Assembly (NCBI RefSeq): GCF_032191835.1
Contig: NC_083237.1
Location: forward strand, 66,836,001 to 66,900,000
DNA from: Heteronotia binoei
Lineage: Eukaryota
Direction of reading: 5' to 3'
Length of the DNA stretch: 64,000 bases
Below the pieces are notes generated by a model, which had not been told where the DNA came from, made no database searches, and saw only the letters and a list, made by a program, of their open reading frames with translations. Each line of letters begins with the position of its first letter. Position 1 is the first letter of the stretch. The translations under genes and the position numbers were made by a program. Shown here piece after piece: positions 1 through 12,419 of this stretch.

Positions 1-198
1 ATGGTGGCTCAGTGGTGGAGCATCTGCTTGGGAAGCAGAAGGTCCCAGGTTCAGTCCACGGCATCTCCAAAAAAGGGTCCAGGCAAATAGGTGTGAAAAA
101 CCTTAGCTTGAGACCCTGGAGAGCCGCTGCCAGTCTGAGAAGACAAGACTGACTTTGATGGACCAAGGGTCTGATTCAGTATAAGGCAGCTTCATATG
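1..198 (+). mobile_element. tRNA-derived SINE, family A (tail ...TTCATATG)
   Basis: A/B-box-like head GGTGGCTCAGTGG...GGTTCA; same body recurs several times in the window. Confidence 0.85.
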
Positions 199-264
199 CC
201 CACCTGGATCCACTAACAGGCCAGTTTGGCCTCTGATATTTGTATGTGCCTGGTGACCGCGTAG

Positions 265-759
265 TAGGGTTGCCAAGTCCAATTCAAGAAATATCTGGGG
301 ACTTTGGGGGTGGAGCAGGAGACATTAGGGGTGGAGCCAAGATCAAGGCTGTGACAAGCACAACGGAACTCCAAAGGGAGTTCTGCCCATCACATTTCAA
401 GGGACAGCACACCTTTTCAATGCCTGCCTTCCATAGGAAATCATGAAGGATAGGGGCACCTTCTTTGAGGGCTCGTAGAATTGGACCCCCTGATCCAACC
501 ATTTTGAAACTTGGGGGTTATTTTTGGGGAGAGGCAGTAGATGCTGTACGGAAAATTTGGTGTCTCTACCTCAACAGAGCCCCAGATACCCGCAGATCAA
601 TTCTCCATGATTTTCTATGGGAATAAATCTCCATAGGGAATAACAGAGTTCCCAGTAGACATTTCCCTCCCCTCCCCCCGCTTTCTGATGACCCTGAAGC
701 GGGGGGAGGGTCTCCAAACCGGGGGATCCCCTGCCCCCACCTGGGGATTGGCAACCCTA
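265..759. mobile_element. hAT (Tip100-like) MITE
   Basis: TIRs TAGGGTTGCCA/TGGCAACCCTA; perfect 8-bp TSD CCGCGTAG at 257-264 and 760-767. Confidence 0.9.
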
Positions 760-2488
760 CCGCGTAGAGTGGCATGGGAGTTAGTCCTTTGAAACTCACA
801 CACTAATAGCCTTATATGAGATAGAGGAATGTGGTGTTTTGTTGACTGTGGGCTCTTCCTACCTAAATGAAAGCAGCCACATTGTATGCTTGTGTTCACG
901 CACACACACCTGTAATTTTAACTAAAAAAATAACCAGGACCACTCTAGCAATGCCAGATGAACGTCACACGCACCTTGTCCCAAGAGGTGATATTTCCTA
1001 TTGGCTGGTAATTATTCCCATACTCTAGATCCCAAGCAGTGATGTGGGTTTTTCTGGGACAATTTGGATAGGAAAATATTCTCAAAAAAATTCCAAGTCA
1101 GATTTAATGTTCACAAAATTTAACTAGTTTTAGCAAAAGAAGACATGTACATCACCTACAAGCACTAGAGCTTGGCGATGCTTCAGATATCTCATTCAGT
1201 GCATCTAAGTGATTGATTGATTTGCAGGACAAGATCCCTGACAACTGTAGATAAAAACACAATATGTATGTAGAGTGGAAATTTTTCTATGGAGAAATAC
1301 AGCATCAGAAATTTCTCCATTTTCCCCTCGCCAGGTCCCTGGAGAGTACACTCCCTTTACTCATCTGGACAGCCCTTACTGACTAGGGTCAAGAAGCCAA
1401 AATGGGAAGAGGTCAGGTATTGATGGGTGTGGGCTGCATTCCTCCCACAAGCTAGTCCATAACATCAGCTTCAATCACTGAAATTCTTTTGAGTAATTGT
1501 GATTAATCCAAGCCCCATCAGTATCTCGGCAATGACCAGCTAGCACTGCAGCATCCAGTTCTTGGCAGATAAAAGCTATTTTATCCACAAGTGCTTTGCA
1601 AATGATTTACAACTGTTTGTATGCAAGCCTGTGCTAAATCTTCCATGGTATGGTAAGCAGTTTTCATGCTTTAGTGTTGGGTGAATTTGTAAGATGCTTT
1701 TTTTAATGTGACAAATATTTTTATTACCATTTTTGTACAATAATAAAAAAGAAAAACAAGACAAAAAACCAGCTACTCACAAAGAGAAACAACTACAGTT
1801 GTAGAAGAAGGAATTAATATCTGACTTTCTCCACTACTAGACTCCATACATTTACTTATTACAACCTTAGTCCCAAATCAGACCGAAGGACATTTATCAC
1901 CTTTCTGTATAATCTTATAATCTTTGCCTTTTAATTTTTTGTAAGATGCTTAACTTGAAACCAAAATGTATTTGTTTATATAAAGTGATCTTGACTATTC
2001 AGAAAGGGATTGCCAGAACAGGGTTTAGAAGTGTCTAATAAAACTTGTTTTTATGTTAATCTGAAGTTATTTCCACTGTGGCATGTGACTTGACTGGCTG
2101 ACTTGTGTTTTATTTATTTTTATTTATTTTATTCGATTTATATCCCGCCCTACCCCACCGAGGTGTTATCTGGAGCTATTTGCTCTGGAGACAGCTTTTC
2201 TGTGTTGGACCTGGTATCTGTTTGTAGCTGCATACTGTGGTATTGTGTCATGAGATCCTGCCCAGCTACATGGATGAATCAGTCATTGTGACCTACCTTC
2301 CTACCTAACATGGCTTTAGTTGGTTTTCAGGGCTCTTGTTTGTTCTAAAGACAAGAGCCCATTAAGGGGAGGGCAGGATATAAATTAAATATAATAAATA
2401 AAATAAAGGAAACATGAAACCATTTATGTCTAAATGTTTTTACCTTTTCTCTCCCCACCATTCTCCCATTGACTCTCCCTGTTTATAG

Positions 2489-2574
2489 CGGAGTTTGTGA
2501 TAAATCTCGCAGAAAAAAACACAACCTTTGAGGCATTCAAGACTGCCTTGGTGAAGAATGGTGCTGAGTTCACG
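2489..2574 (+). CDS. DHX8: DHX8 exon 2 (86 nt; [28 protein letters not shown])
   Basis: ag|..|gt boundaries; translation matches the N-terminus of vertebrate DHX8; exon 1 is not in the window. Confidence 0.93.
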
Positions 2575-3114
2575 GTGCGTAAGTGCTGAAAACTTCTGAA
2601 ATTGGCATTTTGCAGGATCTGAGGACCATGAGGCCGGGAGATGTAAAATTGACAGAAATTTTGAAGCCATGGGGGTAAAAAACATTTCCCCCACTTTTTT
2701 CAAGGGGGAAGGGGGATGGGAATTTTAGGAAAAATTGAAGTATAGGTAATACTGTTCTATCAAACCTAAACTAATATTACTCTAACAATATAGATTGTGT
2801 TATTTATAACTTGATATATAAAACTGCAATGCTTGACATAATTATAGAATTTAAAAATTATGCACAAGCAAAATGGCAGATTATACCCAGTGCTTGCGAT
2901 TAAAGTGCAAGCTGACGCCCCCTTTGCTGTCTTAGCACATGTGCCATTTTTGACTGTCTTGTTAGAGGGAATTAATTTCTCAGTGAAGCTTTCAGTTTTC
3001 CTGTGAGGTTTTGGTGCCCTCCTCCTGATCTTTTTCTCCTCCCTTCTACAAGGTAATAAGCTACTTTTTACTCAGTCTGTGGGTATGTGTGTTACAGTTG
3101 TTTGAGGGAGAGAT

Positions 3115-3508
3115 GCTGCCCTTTTTCGGTGGCAGCACCAGAGCTCTGGAATGCACTTCCAGAAGCCATACGGGCCCTGCGGGATCTGTCTGCGTTCCGC
3201 AGGGCCTGTAAGACCGAGTTGTTCAAGCAGGCCTTCGATGCTTGACGAAGATGGCTGCCATCGGACATCACACAGAACGCCGGTGATCACTGTTTGGAAT
3301 TCTAATGCCGCTATAATGTAGGGATTCAGAACTTTTAAAATGGTTTTAATAATTTTAATTGTAATATGTTTTTTAAACTGAAAATGTTAAATTATGGTTT
3401 ATATATTGTACTGGTTTAATTGTGTAGATACTGTGAGCCGCCCTGAGTCCGCTTGCGGAGAGGGCGGGATATAAATCAAATGTAATAAATAATAAATAAA
3501 TAATAAAA
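3115..3508 (+). mobile_element. L2 LINE 3' fragment
   Basis: ORF2 C-terminus APELWNALPEAIRALRDLSAFRRACKTELFKQAF*; 3' end AGGGCGGGATATAAAT plus (AATA)n tail. Confidence 0.85.
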
Positions 3509-4190
3509 AGATAACCTCAAGTCAGGTCAGAAGGACAACTGAAAATATGCAGCAGCTGAAAGCAATGAAAATGCTGCATGTTCCACTCATGAAGAACAGG
3601 TATTCTTCTAGGAGCAGAAATGCGTCTTGGATTTGTCCACCTTGTCTTTAAAAGCATTTCACTTATTCAGAAAGAAATCTTCCATAGGATTTTTTTTTCA
3701 GTACTCCCTGACAGTTTCCACTTTTTACCATTTCCAGAATTTTCTCAGTTTTATTCCGTGCCATGACATCTGTAGTGTAGATGGCTGCATTAGGAAACTG
3801 GCTGGAAAATGAGTGGCTGTATTTGTCAAGAGTCACTCCGTTTTGTTCCTCTTGTCATATGCATATACAGTGCTATGCTTGTGTTTGCTATGCCTTTGAT
3901 ATAACTGTTACTTGCTGCTTATCTGGAGGGAGGATGGCATGTCTGGGAACTGGCTAGTTGCTATGTAACCAAGGTCAAAGAGCTGGAGGAGATGCGAACC
4001 ATGAACTGATAGTAGGCAGCTGTGGTGATGAGAGCTTAGTAGAAACCCCGCGCAAAACCCCTGCTTTTGCTTGGCGCTCTTGGCTTGAATTATAACAGTC
4101 AGGGTTTATAAGTCAGAGGGACTGACAGAGAGGTCATTTCCGACAATGCGTGTGTATGCCCATGAAGCTGGAATAAAGATCTTGAACTCT

Positions 4191-4384
4191 TTAGGGTTTG
4201 TAGAATCTTTCGGGCTCAAGTGCCGTGTTCTACTTGAGAAAGTTTTCCTTCTAGACGTTTCGTTCTCCGCAGCTGAGAACGAAATGTCCGGAAGGAAAAC
4301 TTTCTCCAGTAGAACACGGCACTTGAGCCCGAAAGATTCTACAAACCCTAATGATGTTACCAGCCTTGAAAACCTGAAATCTTT
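4191..4384. mobile_element. Penelope-like fold-back insertion (family 1)
   Basis: 77-nt inverted arms 4191-4267 and 4275-4351; 13-bp TSD GATCTTGAACTCT at 4178-4190 and 4385-4397; same family as 38886-39254. Confidence 0.75.
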
Positions 4385-4469
4385 GATCTTGAACTCTACT
4401 TGTCTTTTCCTTGACTCTGGGTCTGACAGTATTGACAAGCTCTCTTTCTACCCTCTTGCCATATTTTAG

Positions 4470-4542
4470 GATTCTCTTATCAGCAACTTGCTGCGTCTCA
4501 TACAGACCATGCGGCCTCCTGCAAAACCTTCCACTAGCAAAA
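4470..4542 (+). CDS. DHX8: DHX8 exon 3 (73 nt; [24 protein letters not shown])
   Basis: ttttag|GAT...AAAA|gtgagt; peptide matches DHX8. Confidence 0.95.
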
Positions 4543-4879
4543 GTGAGTGTTTCTGTCATTAAAACCTTATGGTATGTTGACAAAACTGTGCTGTGGGTTG
4601 GAAAGTCAATCACTGCCAGGCTGGGTTTAGGCATCTTTCAAGGAGTAAGCCCCACAACCTGCAGTCATGGTAGAAGGCACTGGACTGTGGGTCCACATAA
4701 GCCTCCCTTGGGGGACAGGCTAGCTGTCTAGAGTGTCACAGCTACTGTTTCCCCTCTGCTGTTGTCTGTGCAGAAAAGGGTTGCTGCCAGGATCAGTTAC
4801 TTTGGGGCCACATTCAGCCTTGGGCACCCATATGATCACACCTCTGAAGCTTACACTACGGGAGGGAGGCAGCACTGGT

Positions 4880-5091
4880 GAACATATGAACATATGAAGC
4901 TGCCTTCTACTGAATCAGGCCCCTGGTCCATCAAAGTCAGTATTGTCTTCTCAGACTGGCAGCGGCTCTCCAGGGTCTCAAGCTGAGGTTTTTCACACCT
5001 CTTTGCCTGGACCCTTTTTTGGAGATGCCGGGGATTGAACCTGGGACCTTCTGCTTCCCAAGCAGATGCTCTACCACTGAGCCACCGTCCC
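4880..5091 (-). mobile_element. tRNA-derived SINE, family A, full length
   Basis: Reverse complement of the 1-198 type element, with (TTCATATG)2 tail. Confidence 0.88.
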
Positions 5092-5519
5092 TGCTCCTCC
5101 CCCTGCCCACCCATCCATTCTTCTCCTGCTTGGTGGTGAGAGAGCTGCACCAGCTCCTGGCCGAATGCTGCTTTCCTGTATCAGCAGCAAGTGCAGGGAA
5201 AGCTGGCTCCATCTCCCTCCCCCGCAGACCTATCTGCCTGATTGAAGAAGTGGGTGGCAGCAGTGGCTCCTTCATTACCCGCTTGCATTGTGCCCCTCCC
5301 CCCCACCCCAGAGCTGAAGAATGGGTATATGAGCCAGGCTACCAAGCAGCTCCCACTGAGGGTTGGGTCGTCTCCCTCTCCCACCCGCTTTTACCTGCAT
5401 TGTTGGGATCTTCTCTTTTTGAGGGGGGAATTAGCAAGAGGTAGACTTATGCAGAGCTATTTTGGAGCAGGGTTCTCTCAGCGATAATACTGAGGTGCAG
5501 TATCAGAAAGAAGACTCCA

Positions 5520-6200
5520 GATTTGAAATAGTTTAAAATGTTTTACTTAGAAAAATATATAGGAATACAATCACATATAAGCAATCAAAATGCGCAGTCA
5601 AGAGGCTTGGAAAAACAGGGTTGAGGAATAGAGACTTCCAGGGATTGTTACAGAGGTGATATTCACCTGTCCAGATGCGCAGAAGTCAGTGTAGAAATTA
5701 AAGGTGGGGATGTGCACAGCCATCATGCCATGTCTAAGAGGCCCATTACTTAGCGTAATGGGGGTACAACTTATGGGCCCTCAGGTTGAAGAAGGTTGTG
5801 TGGTGTGCTCTCAGTTTTTATAGTATTTGGAGGGATGGAGACTCACTCCTGGAATATGATCAAGTTAATGATCATTGATGGGCTTTCCTGGGTATTCTGA
5901 ATAGATTTCCAGTTTAAAATAAAAGATGAAAATGTGTTCCTGACGGCTGTGAGGAAGGACCATCATGATTTAATGTCTGCAATTAATATTATTATGGTAC
6001 ACCAAGGGAGGAGGCAGGAAGGAGAGGAGACTTGTGAAAATAGGTTTGCACATTAGCATAGGGTAACACAAAAGGTGCCAGGAAGGGGTATTGGATTAAA
6101 TAGATATTGAAAAGACACCTTTAGAAATGGAGATACTTACCTGGATAACCCCTTGTTTCAGACATTCCATTGCTGGGCAGGGGAGGCAAGAATTAGCCTT
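5520..6200 (-). mobile_element. Degenerate L1-like ORF2 fragment
   Basis: Minus-strand translation with stops resembles the L1 post-RT region (IFQ..VSIPPKYYK...GPLRHGMMAVHIPTFNFY); boundaries approximate. Confidence 0.4.
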
Positions 6201-6582
6201 GAGGATGCTGTTTTGCAACCTTACACAGAGACCTGTTTGAACAAGCCTGGGCAAGTTTCCAGGCCTAAGTGGAGTGTCCTCACTTGGCCTCTTTTGGGAT
6301 CTCTGGTTCAGGTACAAATATGGAGCCCCCATTGGGTATTGGGGTGCTTCCACGATCAGGCAGTGCCTCTTGGGCAACACCGCCTGGCTGACGGAAGGTG
6401 ACAGTGCCCACCTTTGTGGGAAGGAAAGTGGCTGTCCTTTCTTCTCCTGGCCCTCTGTTCCCAGGGGAGAGGGGAGGGACTCCATCAGGGTGTGCGGGGT
6501 TGCTGAGCTCCTCCGCCTCTTTCCAAGCCTGCACTTGTGCTGAAAACACATTCCTTTGTTTTGTGGGGTTGTAAATCTGCCC

Positions 6583-6875
6583 CATGGCGCAGAGTAGTAA
6601 AGCTGCAGTACTGCAGTCCGAGCTCTCTGCACACGACCTGAGTTTGATCCCGGCGTAACCTGGGTTCAGGTAGCCGGCTCAAGGTTGACTCAGCCCACCA
6701 TCCTTCTGAGGTCAGTAAAATTAGTACCCAGCTTGTTGGAGGGAAAGTGTAGATGATTGGGAAAGCAACGGCAAACCGCCCTGTAAAAAGTCTGCCGTGA
6801 AAATGTCATGATGTGACATCACCTCAGAGTTGGTAATGAGTGGTGCTTGCACAGGGGACTACCTTTACCTTTTTA
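6583..6875 (+). mobile_element. Sauria SINE
   Basis: Core GCTCAAGGTTGACTCAGCC...AGTACCCAGCTTG and 3' tail ACCTTTACCTTTT. Confidence 0.85.
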
Positions 6876-7197
6876 AACCTGCCTTCCATGTTTTTAAATT
6901 TTTCCAGATTTTTCTGCAAATCTGGCGCATTCCCCCAGTTTTGTTGAAAAATCTCTTTTCTCTCTACATGATCACAACTGGTAGAATTAAGTATCTGCAG
7001 ATGGGGTCATGTTAACTATTAGATATATCGATGTTTTTAAATTGTGAGCCAACCCAAGTGTTTTGGAAGAGTGAGCTAAAAATATTTTAAATGTTTTAAT
7101 TACATAAAATGATTTGGAGAGTCAAATAGCGTCAGAATTTTCTAGCCATTAAATTTTGTGCTTTGTTTTGCATGGTTTTGTTTCACTATCCAATCAG

Positions 7198-7280
7198 ATG
7201 CTATTAAGCCAAAAACAGAAAAGGAGAAGCTGAAGGAACTGTTTCCAGCCCTCTGTAGACCAGATAATCCCACAGTCAGG
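7198..7280 (+). CDS. DHX8: DHX8 exon 4 (83 nt; [27 protein letters not shown])
   Basis: cag|AT...AGG|gtaggt; phase-compatible with exons 3 and 5. Confidence 0.92.
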
Positions 7281-7642
7281 GTAGGTGTGTACTTTCTTAC
7301 TATCTGCTCTCAGTTCTGAGCATGTATTTCTTTATGGCACTTAGATCCCTCTTGCTTCTGTTCCGAGTTGTTTATCTGCGATGGGTGGAGTTCCCCAGAA
7401 TCTCCTGTCCTACTGGTCAGACCCATCTTTGATTGTCTTCAGCAAGTGTCAGGTGTCTTCCAGCTGCAGGACCAAGGCAAGGCCTCGCAATTGGCTTTTC
7501 CGAGGCAGAAGGGGTGGGAGCAGGAAGGCCCAGGCCATTTGCGAAGACCAAAGGAAGCTGGGCAGTCAAGGCCAGCCAGTGGGGAACAAGATGGCAGTGC
7601 CATCCAAGAGTGTTAGTTGCAGGGGCAAAGACTGGAACTGGG

Positions 7643-9743
7643 ATGACGGTGTTACGACGTGAAACCCAGCTTAATTTGTGATTAAAAGTGATTCCCAAGT
7701 ATTTAAAAATTTTTGTTTGCTCAATTGTTGAATTGCCAATAAACCATCTCTGTGGGCGCCAGCAATTTGAAAAGACAACTACTTTAGATTTGGCATAATT
7801 GATAGAGAGTGAATTACAATTACAGTAGTCGTAGAAGGCATTATAATACCTTTGCAGGCCCACACTTGTGCAAGAGAGGATGGTAGTATCATCGACATAA
7901 AGTAATAAGGGGACCGCTTGGCCTGCTAGTTTAGGCAGATGACCATTAATAGGGTTCAAAAATTGTACCAGGTCAGTTAAAAATAAATTAAAAAGATGCG
8001 GGGCCAGCACACAACCTTGTTTAACCCCCTTTAACACTGGGATTTTGCTAGTCAAGTCACCACTAGAAGAAAATTTCACTTGGCAAAAAGTATTAGAATG
8101 AAGTTTCCTCAAGAGAAACAGCAGACGAGGGTCCATTCCCAGGTAACCTAGCTTAATCCATAGTTGGGCTCTATCTATTGAATCAAAAGCGCCCTTCAAA
8201 TCGATGAAGGCAACATATAATTTTTTTGTCCCGGAATGCATATATTTTTCAGCAAGGAAGGCCAGAGTGCAGCAATGGTCCATAGCAGATTTGCCTTTGG
8301 AGAAGCCAATTTGTTCAGGACCTATGATGTTGCCTAGGCGCATCCAGTCAGTTAATCGGAGTTCTAAATGTTTGGCATACAATTTGCCCACTGTAGATAA
8401 TAAACTGGTAACTCCAACCCCCCCTTTTTGTAAATTGGGATAATTATAATTATAGAATCAAGCCAAGAGTCTGGGATGGAGCCATGCAGATCAATGAAAG
8501 AGAACAATTTTGCAAGGGGCAAGAGCCACCAATCAGCAAACTTTGTGAATACCTCAGCGGGAAGCCCATCAGGGCCTGGTGCTTTACCCGCTTTTAAATC
8601 CTCAATAAATCACTGATTTCCTCTAGAGTTACTGGAGGCCAGACTGGCATATCAGTAACTGTGGGGTTTGCTAAAATAGGAGGGGATAAACATGGAGCAA
8701 CAAAAATGTCAGAGAAGTAATCAACCCATGTTTGCGCAGAAATATTTGGGTCAGTAACAGTTTTTCTTTGCAAGGGGCAACCAATTAGTTCCAGCAGCAA
8801 TTAAGGTGTTCAAAGCCAAAACGCTAGCCCAAATTCTCTATGGTATCCTTATATGGATCTCAGCAGTTACCAGGAAAGTGGAGGGCATTCAAGCCTCATT
8901 CTTTAGACAAATTCTTGGTATGCCAAAATGTGTGTCCTACTTTGCTCTCTGCTCTGAAGTGGGTCAGTCTTTGGTGGAGACAAAAGCCTGGATTGCAGTG
9001 TTTAAATTCTGGCTCAGAATTCACTTTAGAACAGATCCTAACAGCCTTCTTGATTGTATGAAAAGAGACCCATATATTTCATCCCGGACAGCAGTGCTTA
9101 TGTCCAAACTTAACCAGTTGGGGATAGAGGCTGATTATTTTTTTACTTCTGATGAGTCATACATCTTCAGATGTATTAAACTGAGACTGTGGGAGTTGGA
9201 GGAAACGAAACTATGGCCAACAGACCCTTATATTTGCTCCCCAGCTTCCTTAGGTCTTTATGCTTTCTGTGGCAAAATGCCCCATTATCTATCAGACTTA
9301 ACCATTCCAAGTCATCGCAGGGCATTTATGTTGGCTAGACGAAATGTGTTTCCCTCCAAAGTTTTACAAGGGAGATATCATTGAGTCCCTTTAGGCGACA
9401 GACTCTGTTCCCGTGGAGCGAATATTCCCGACTCAATTCAGCATATATTGCTCGATTGTTCCTTGTATCATAATCTCCGTAAAGATTTATTTTGCAAGCT
9501 TTCTTTCTCCCCAGATTTGTCTATTCTGCCACCCTGTTATTATTTATCGAACGATACTGAGGGCGGGGGGAGGTTAGCGAGGCTGTGGCAAAATTTTTGG
9601 CGGACGTCCTTCGATTTAAATCTGGCCATGTATGGATGCATCTGTAAGCTCGGTTTCGTTTTGATTTTATCTCCAATGTTTAAATTTTTATATTCTGTGT
9701 ATTTTTATTTGCAACTGTTATGCCATGAAAGGTTTGGTTTGGT
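7643..9743. mobile_element. RTE-X-like non-LTR retrotransposon, 5'-truncated with inverted 5' part
   Basis: RT on - strand (FIDLKGAFD, GVKQGCVLAP, LLYVDD, FKYLG) about 7643-8757; C-terminal part on + strand about 8758-9743 with (TTTGG) tail; candidate TSD AACTGGG. Confidence 0.8.
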
Positions 9744-9847
9744 AACTGGGGTGAGGCCAGGCATGTGACGCTCAGGAGCATGTCGATCCCAAGACCAGAC
9801 TTCTTGGCTGTTGCTGGTCTCCAAGACAGGAAAAGTCCTGTGACAAG

Positions 9848-10041
9848 CAGGGTTCCCTCTAAGCTGAGTTAGCGTGAGCCGGTTCACAGATTTGTAGCCT
9901 CCAGCTCACACATTTTGATCTTAGCTTAGGAAGGATGGCCCCAGAGCACAATAATTTATGCAGCAGCTCACAACTGTAATGCCAGTAGCTCACAAAGCAG
10001 AATTTTTGCTCACAAGACTCTGCAGCTTAGAGGGAACATTG
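9848..10041. mobile_element. hAT-like MITE
   Basis: TIRs CAG(G)GTTCCCTCTAAGCTG / CAGCTTAGAGGGAACATTG; CCTGTGAC on both flanks, offset 3 nt on the left. Confidence 0.75.
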
Positions 10042-10125
10042 CCTGTGACCAAAGGGAACTGAGAGAGAGATGCTGAAATAACCCCCCGGTTGTCTACTGA
10101 GGGCCTGTTCTTCTTGCTCCCGCAG

Positions 10126-10235
10126 ACGATGCTGGATGAAGATGATGTGAAGGTGGCTGCAGATGCTCTAAAGGAGCTGGAAGCTCTCATGCCAGGAACT
10201 GGCAGGCAGGCTCAGCATCGGCACAGTGAACACCA
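10126..10235 (+). CDS. DHX8: DHX8 exon 5 (110 nt; TMLDEDDVKVAADALKELEALMP...)
   Basis: cgcag|ACG...CA|gtaggt. Confidence 0.92.
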
Positions 10236-11962
10236 GTAGGTTATTTCAAGCTACCTCCCCTCAAAAATGGAAGAGTGTCCAAACTTCAAAATCCATAGTT
10301 TTGAAGACTCTTATTCAGCCTTCGGCACAATATCTTATACCGAAAGGAGCCCCACCCAGCCTTTTCTACATCAGAAAAGAAGAAAAAGCCACAACTGCCC
10401 TTAGTTCTTCCCATGTGACCCATGGGAGAGAACTGAGTTTTTCCATAGGGCTAGTATTGCACACAAGAAGCCCAGCGTCCCCTGTGAGAGTCATTCTCTG
10501 CCCCCCAAACTCTTGCCAAAGCTTTTTTGTGTGTGTGGGTGGGTGGGGGGGCTCTGTCATTCAGCTGCCGCCACCACCACCATCTTATTTTCTTCAGACT
10601 CCTTCATGCTGGGGGAGGGGGGTGGGAGGTCTAAGCCAAGAGAAAAGCAGAGAGTGAGTGAGCAGTAACACCTGTAGGTAGGCTGGAGTGTGATCCTTGA
10701 TTCTTTTAACAGGAAGAAGCCTTATTTTACTAGTAGCATATAATAGCAGAATACAGACTACAATTAAAACAGTACCTAACCAAAGAAAGTAAAGCAGAAA
10801 GATCTGGATTAAGTTTGGGATAGAATATATTTCTGTTTGGGGGAGGGGAGGAGAGACAGGCTCTCTCTCAAGGAAGGTTGGGATTCCTTTGTGAGAGGTC
10901 TGCCTGGCCCCCTCCCAGCTCATTGGCTTGTTGCAAAGGGAGGTTGCTGGGGGGGCAGAGACAGACCTCCGTGGGGCTGGGAACGTTACAGTCTTTTCCT
11001 TGGACAGGTGGCACATTTGTCCCTCCCTTTCTCCCTGCTCATTAAGGATGACAGCCATTGTTGGCAGCTGTATTGGTCCATGAGGGGGACCCAGGTCCAA
11101 TAGCAGCTCAGCACTTCCCAGTGGACTGAGAGGTCATCATCAACTTACTTCTCCAACCAGAATGTTTAGGAGAGAAAAGCCTGCTAAAGAGCCGGCCAAG
11201 AGGGAACCGCACAATGTCGAGCAGTTCCTGCTTCTCAGTTTGGTTTCTACTTAAGAGCAAGGAACACTGAAGAATTAACTCTGTGAGTCCATGAAGGGTT
11301 TGGGAACTGCAGTTCTGTTGCCCCTTCTTTGGCAGGGGTGTACAGAAAAGGAGTGCCATAATGTCGTTTTCCTGGCCTGAAAACTGGAAAGGGGGGAGGG
11401 GGAGGAGAGAAAATGAAGATGGGCTCAGTCCTTCAGAAGACATCTCCCTGGAAAGAAAGAAAGAAAAGGCCAACAAACAACTGTTAAAAAAGTGACCTTT
11501 TTAACAATGAAAATTAGGCCAGACCCCCCCCCCCCAAGAACCAGAAGAGAAAAGGAAGAACAGCAGCAACAAATCAAACACAGAATCCTTTTAAAACAGT
11601 AAAAACCTTGACTTTTAACAATACAGGAACTTTACCAACCCCTCCCCCCAAAAAAACCTTCACCCTAACCCCAAGAAATCCAAGCCACCCAAATCAGGAA
11701 AAGTAAAAGGACACTGCACTTTTAAAAGTCCTCTCACTAAAGTATGATATGGGCAAATTGGCAAAACCCCCCCACCCCAGGCCCCCACCCCCAGCAGAAC
11801 CCCCTAATCCCAAATAAGCTACCCAGTACTCACCCACCCAAATCTGGATAAGTAAAGGGACTCTGAGTCTTAAAAAGTCCTTTTACTAACTAAAATAAAA
11901 ACAAGAACCCCAAGGCAGGTCAGGCAAAGCTGAACGGATAAAAGGAAATACTTGTGGAATTA

Positions 11963-12092
11963 ACATGTGGAATTCACTGCCACAGGTGGTGGTAGCAGCT
12001 ACAAGCATAGCCAGCTTTAGATAAAAATATGGAGCAGAGGGCCATCAGTGGCTATTAGCCACAGTGTGTGTATATGTATGTATGTGTGTGTG

Positions 12093-12129
<37 letters not shown>

Positions 12130-12204
12130 TGGCCACTGTGTAACACAGAGTGTTGGACTGGATGGGCCATTGGCCTGATCCAACATGGCTTCTCTTATGT
12201 TCTT
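11963..12204 (+). mobile_element. CR1 3' end with internal (TG)/(TA)/(CA) microsatellite
   Basis: NMWNSLPQVVVAA...MEQRAISGY*; tail TCTTATGTTCTTA. Confidence 0.75.
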
Positions 12205-12419
12205 ACGGCTGAAAGAGAGCAGCAGTAGCTGAGGCCAAGGGCCAGCGCAGCACAATCTCTCTCTGACACCAACACAGCAGCAATGGAATGGAGTCCAGCC
12301 AGGCAGACTCCTTAAAAAGGTTCTCTGGCCCTACACAGAGCAGTTTCAAAAAAATACCACTGCTCTGTGATTGGCCAGAAAACAGTGTTTACTTGGATAC
12401 CTAAGTAAACAAAAGAACA

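Noticed and set aside
1-2488. DHX8 exon 1 and promoter
   Set aside because: No KLEYLSLVSKVCTELDNH-like sequence or CpG island seen; must lie upstream of the window
4106-4469. Same peptide encoded on both strands (also 38874-39223)
   Set aside because: Artefact of the inverted-repeat structure, not genes
7417-8391. Intact 324-aa reverse transcriptase gene or active element
   Set aside because: The last ~75 codons are read-through into flanking intron; the element is truncated, inverted and has stops elsewhere
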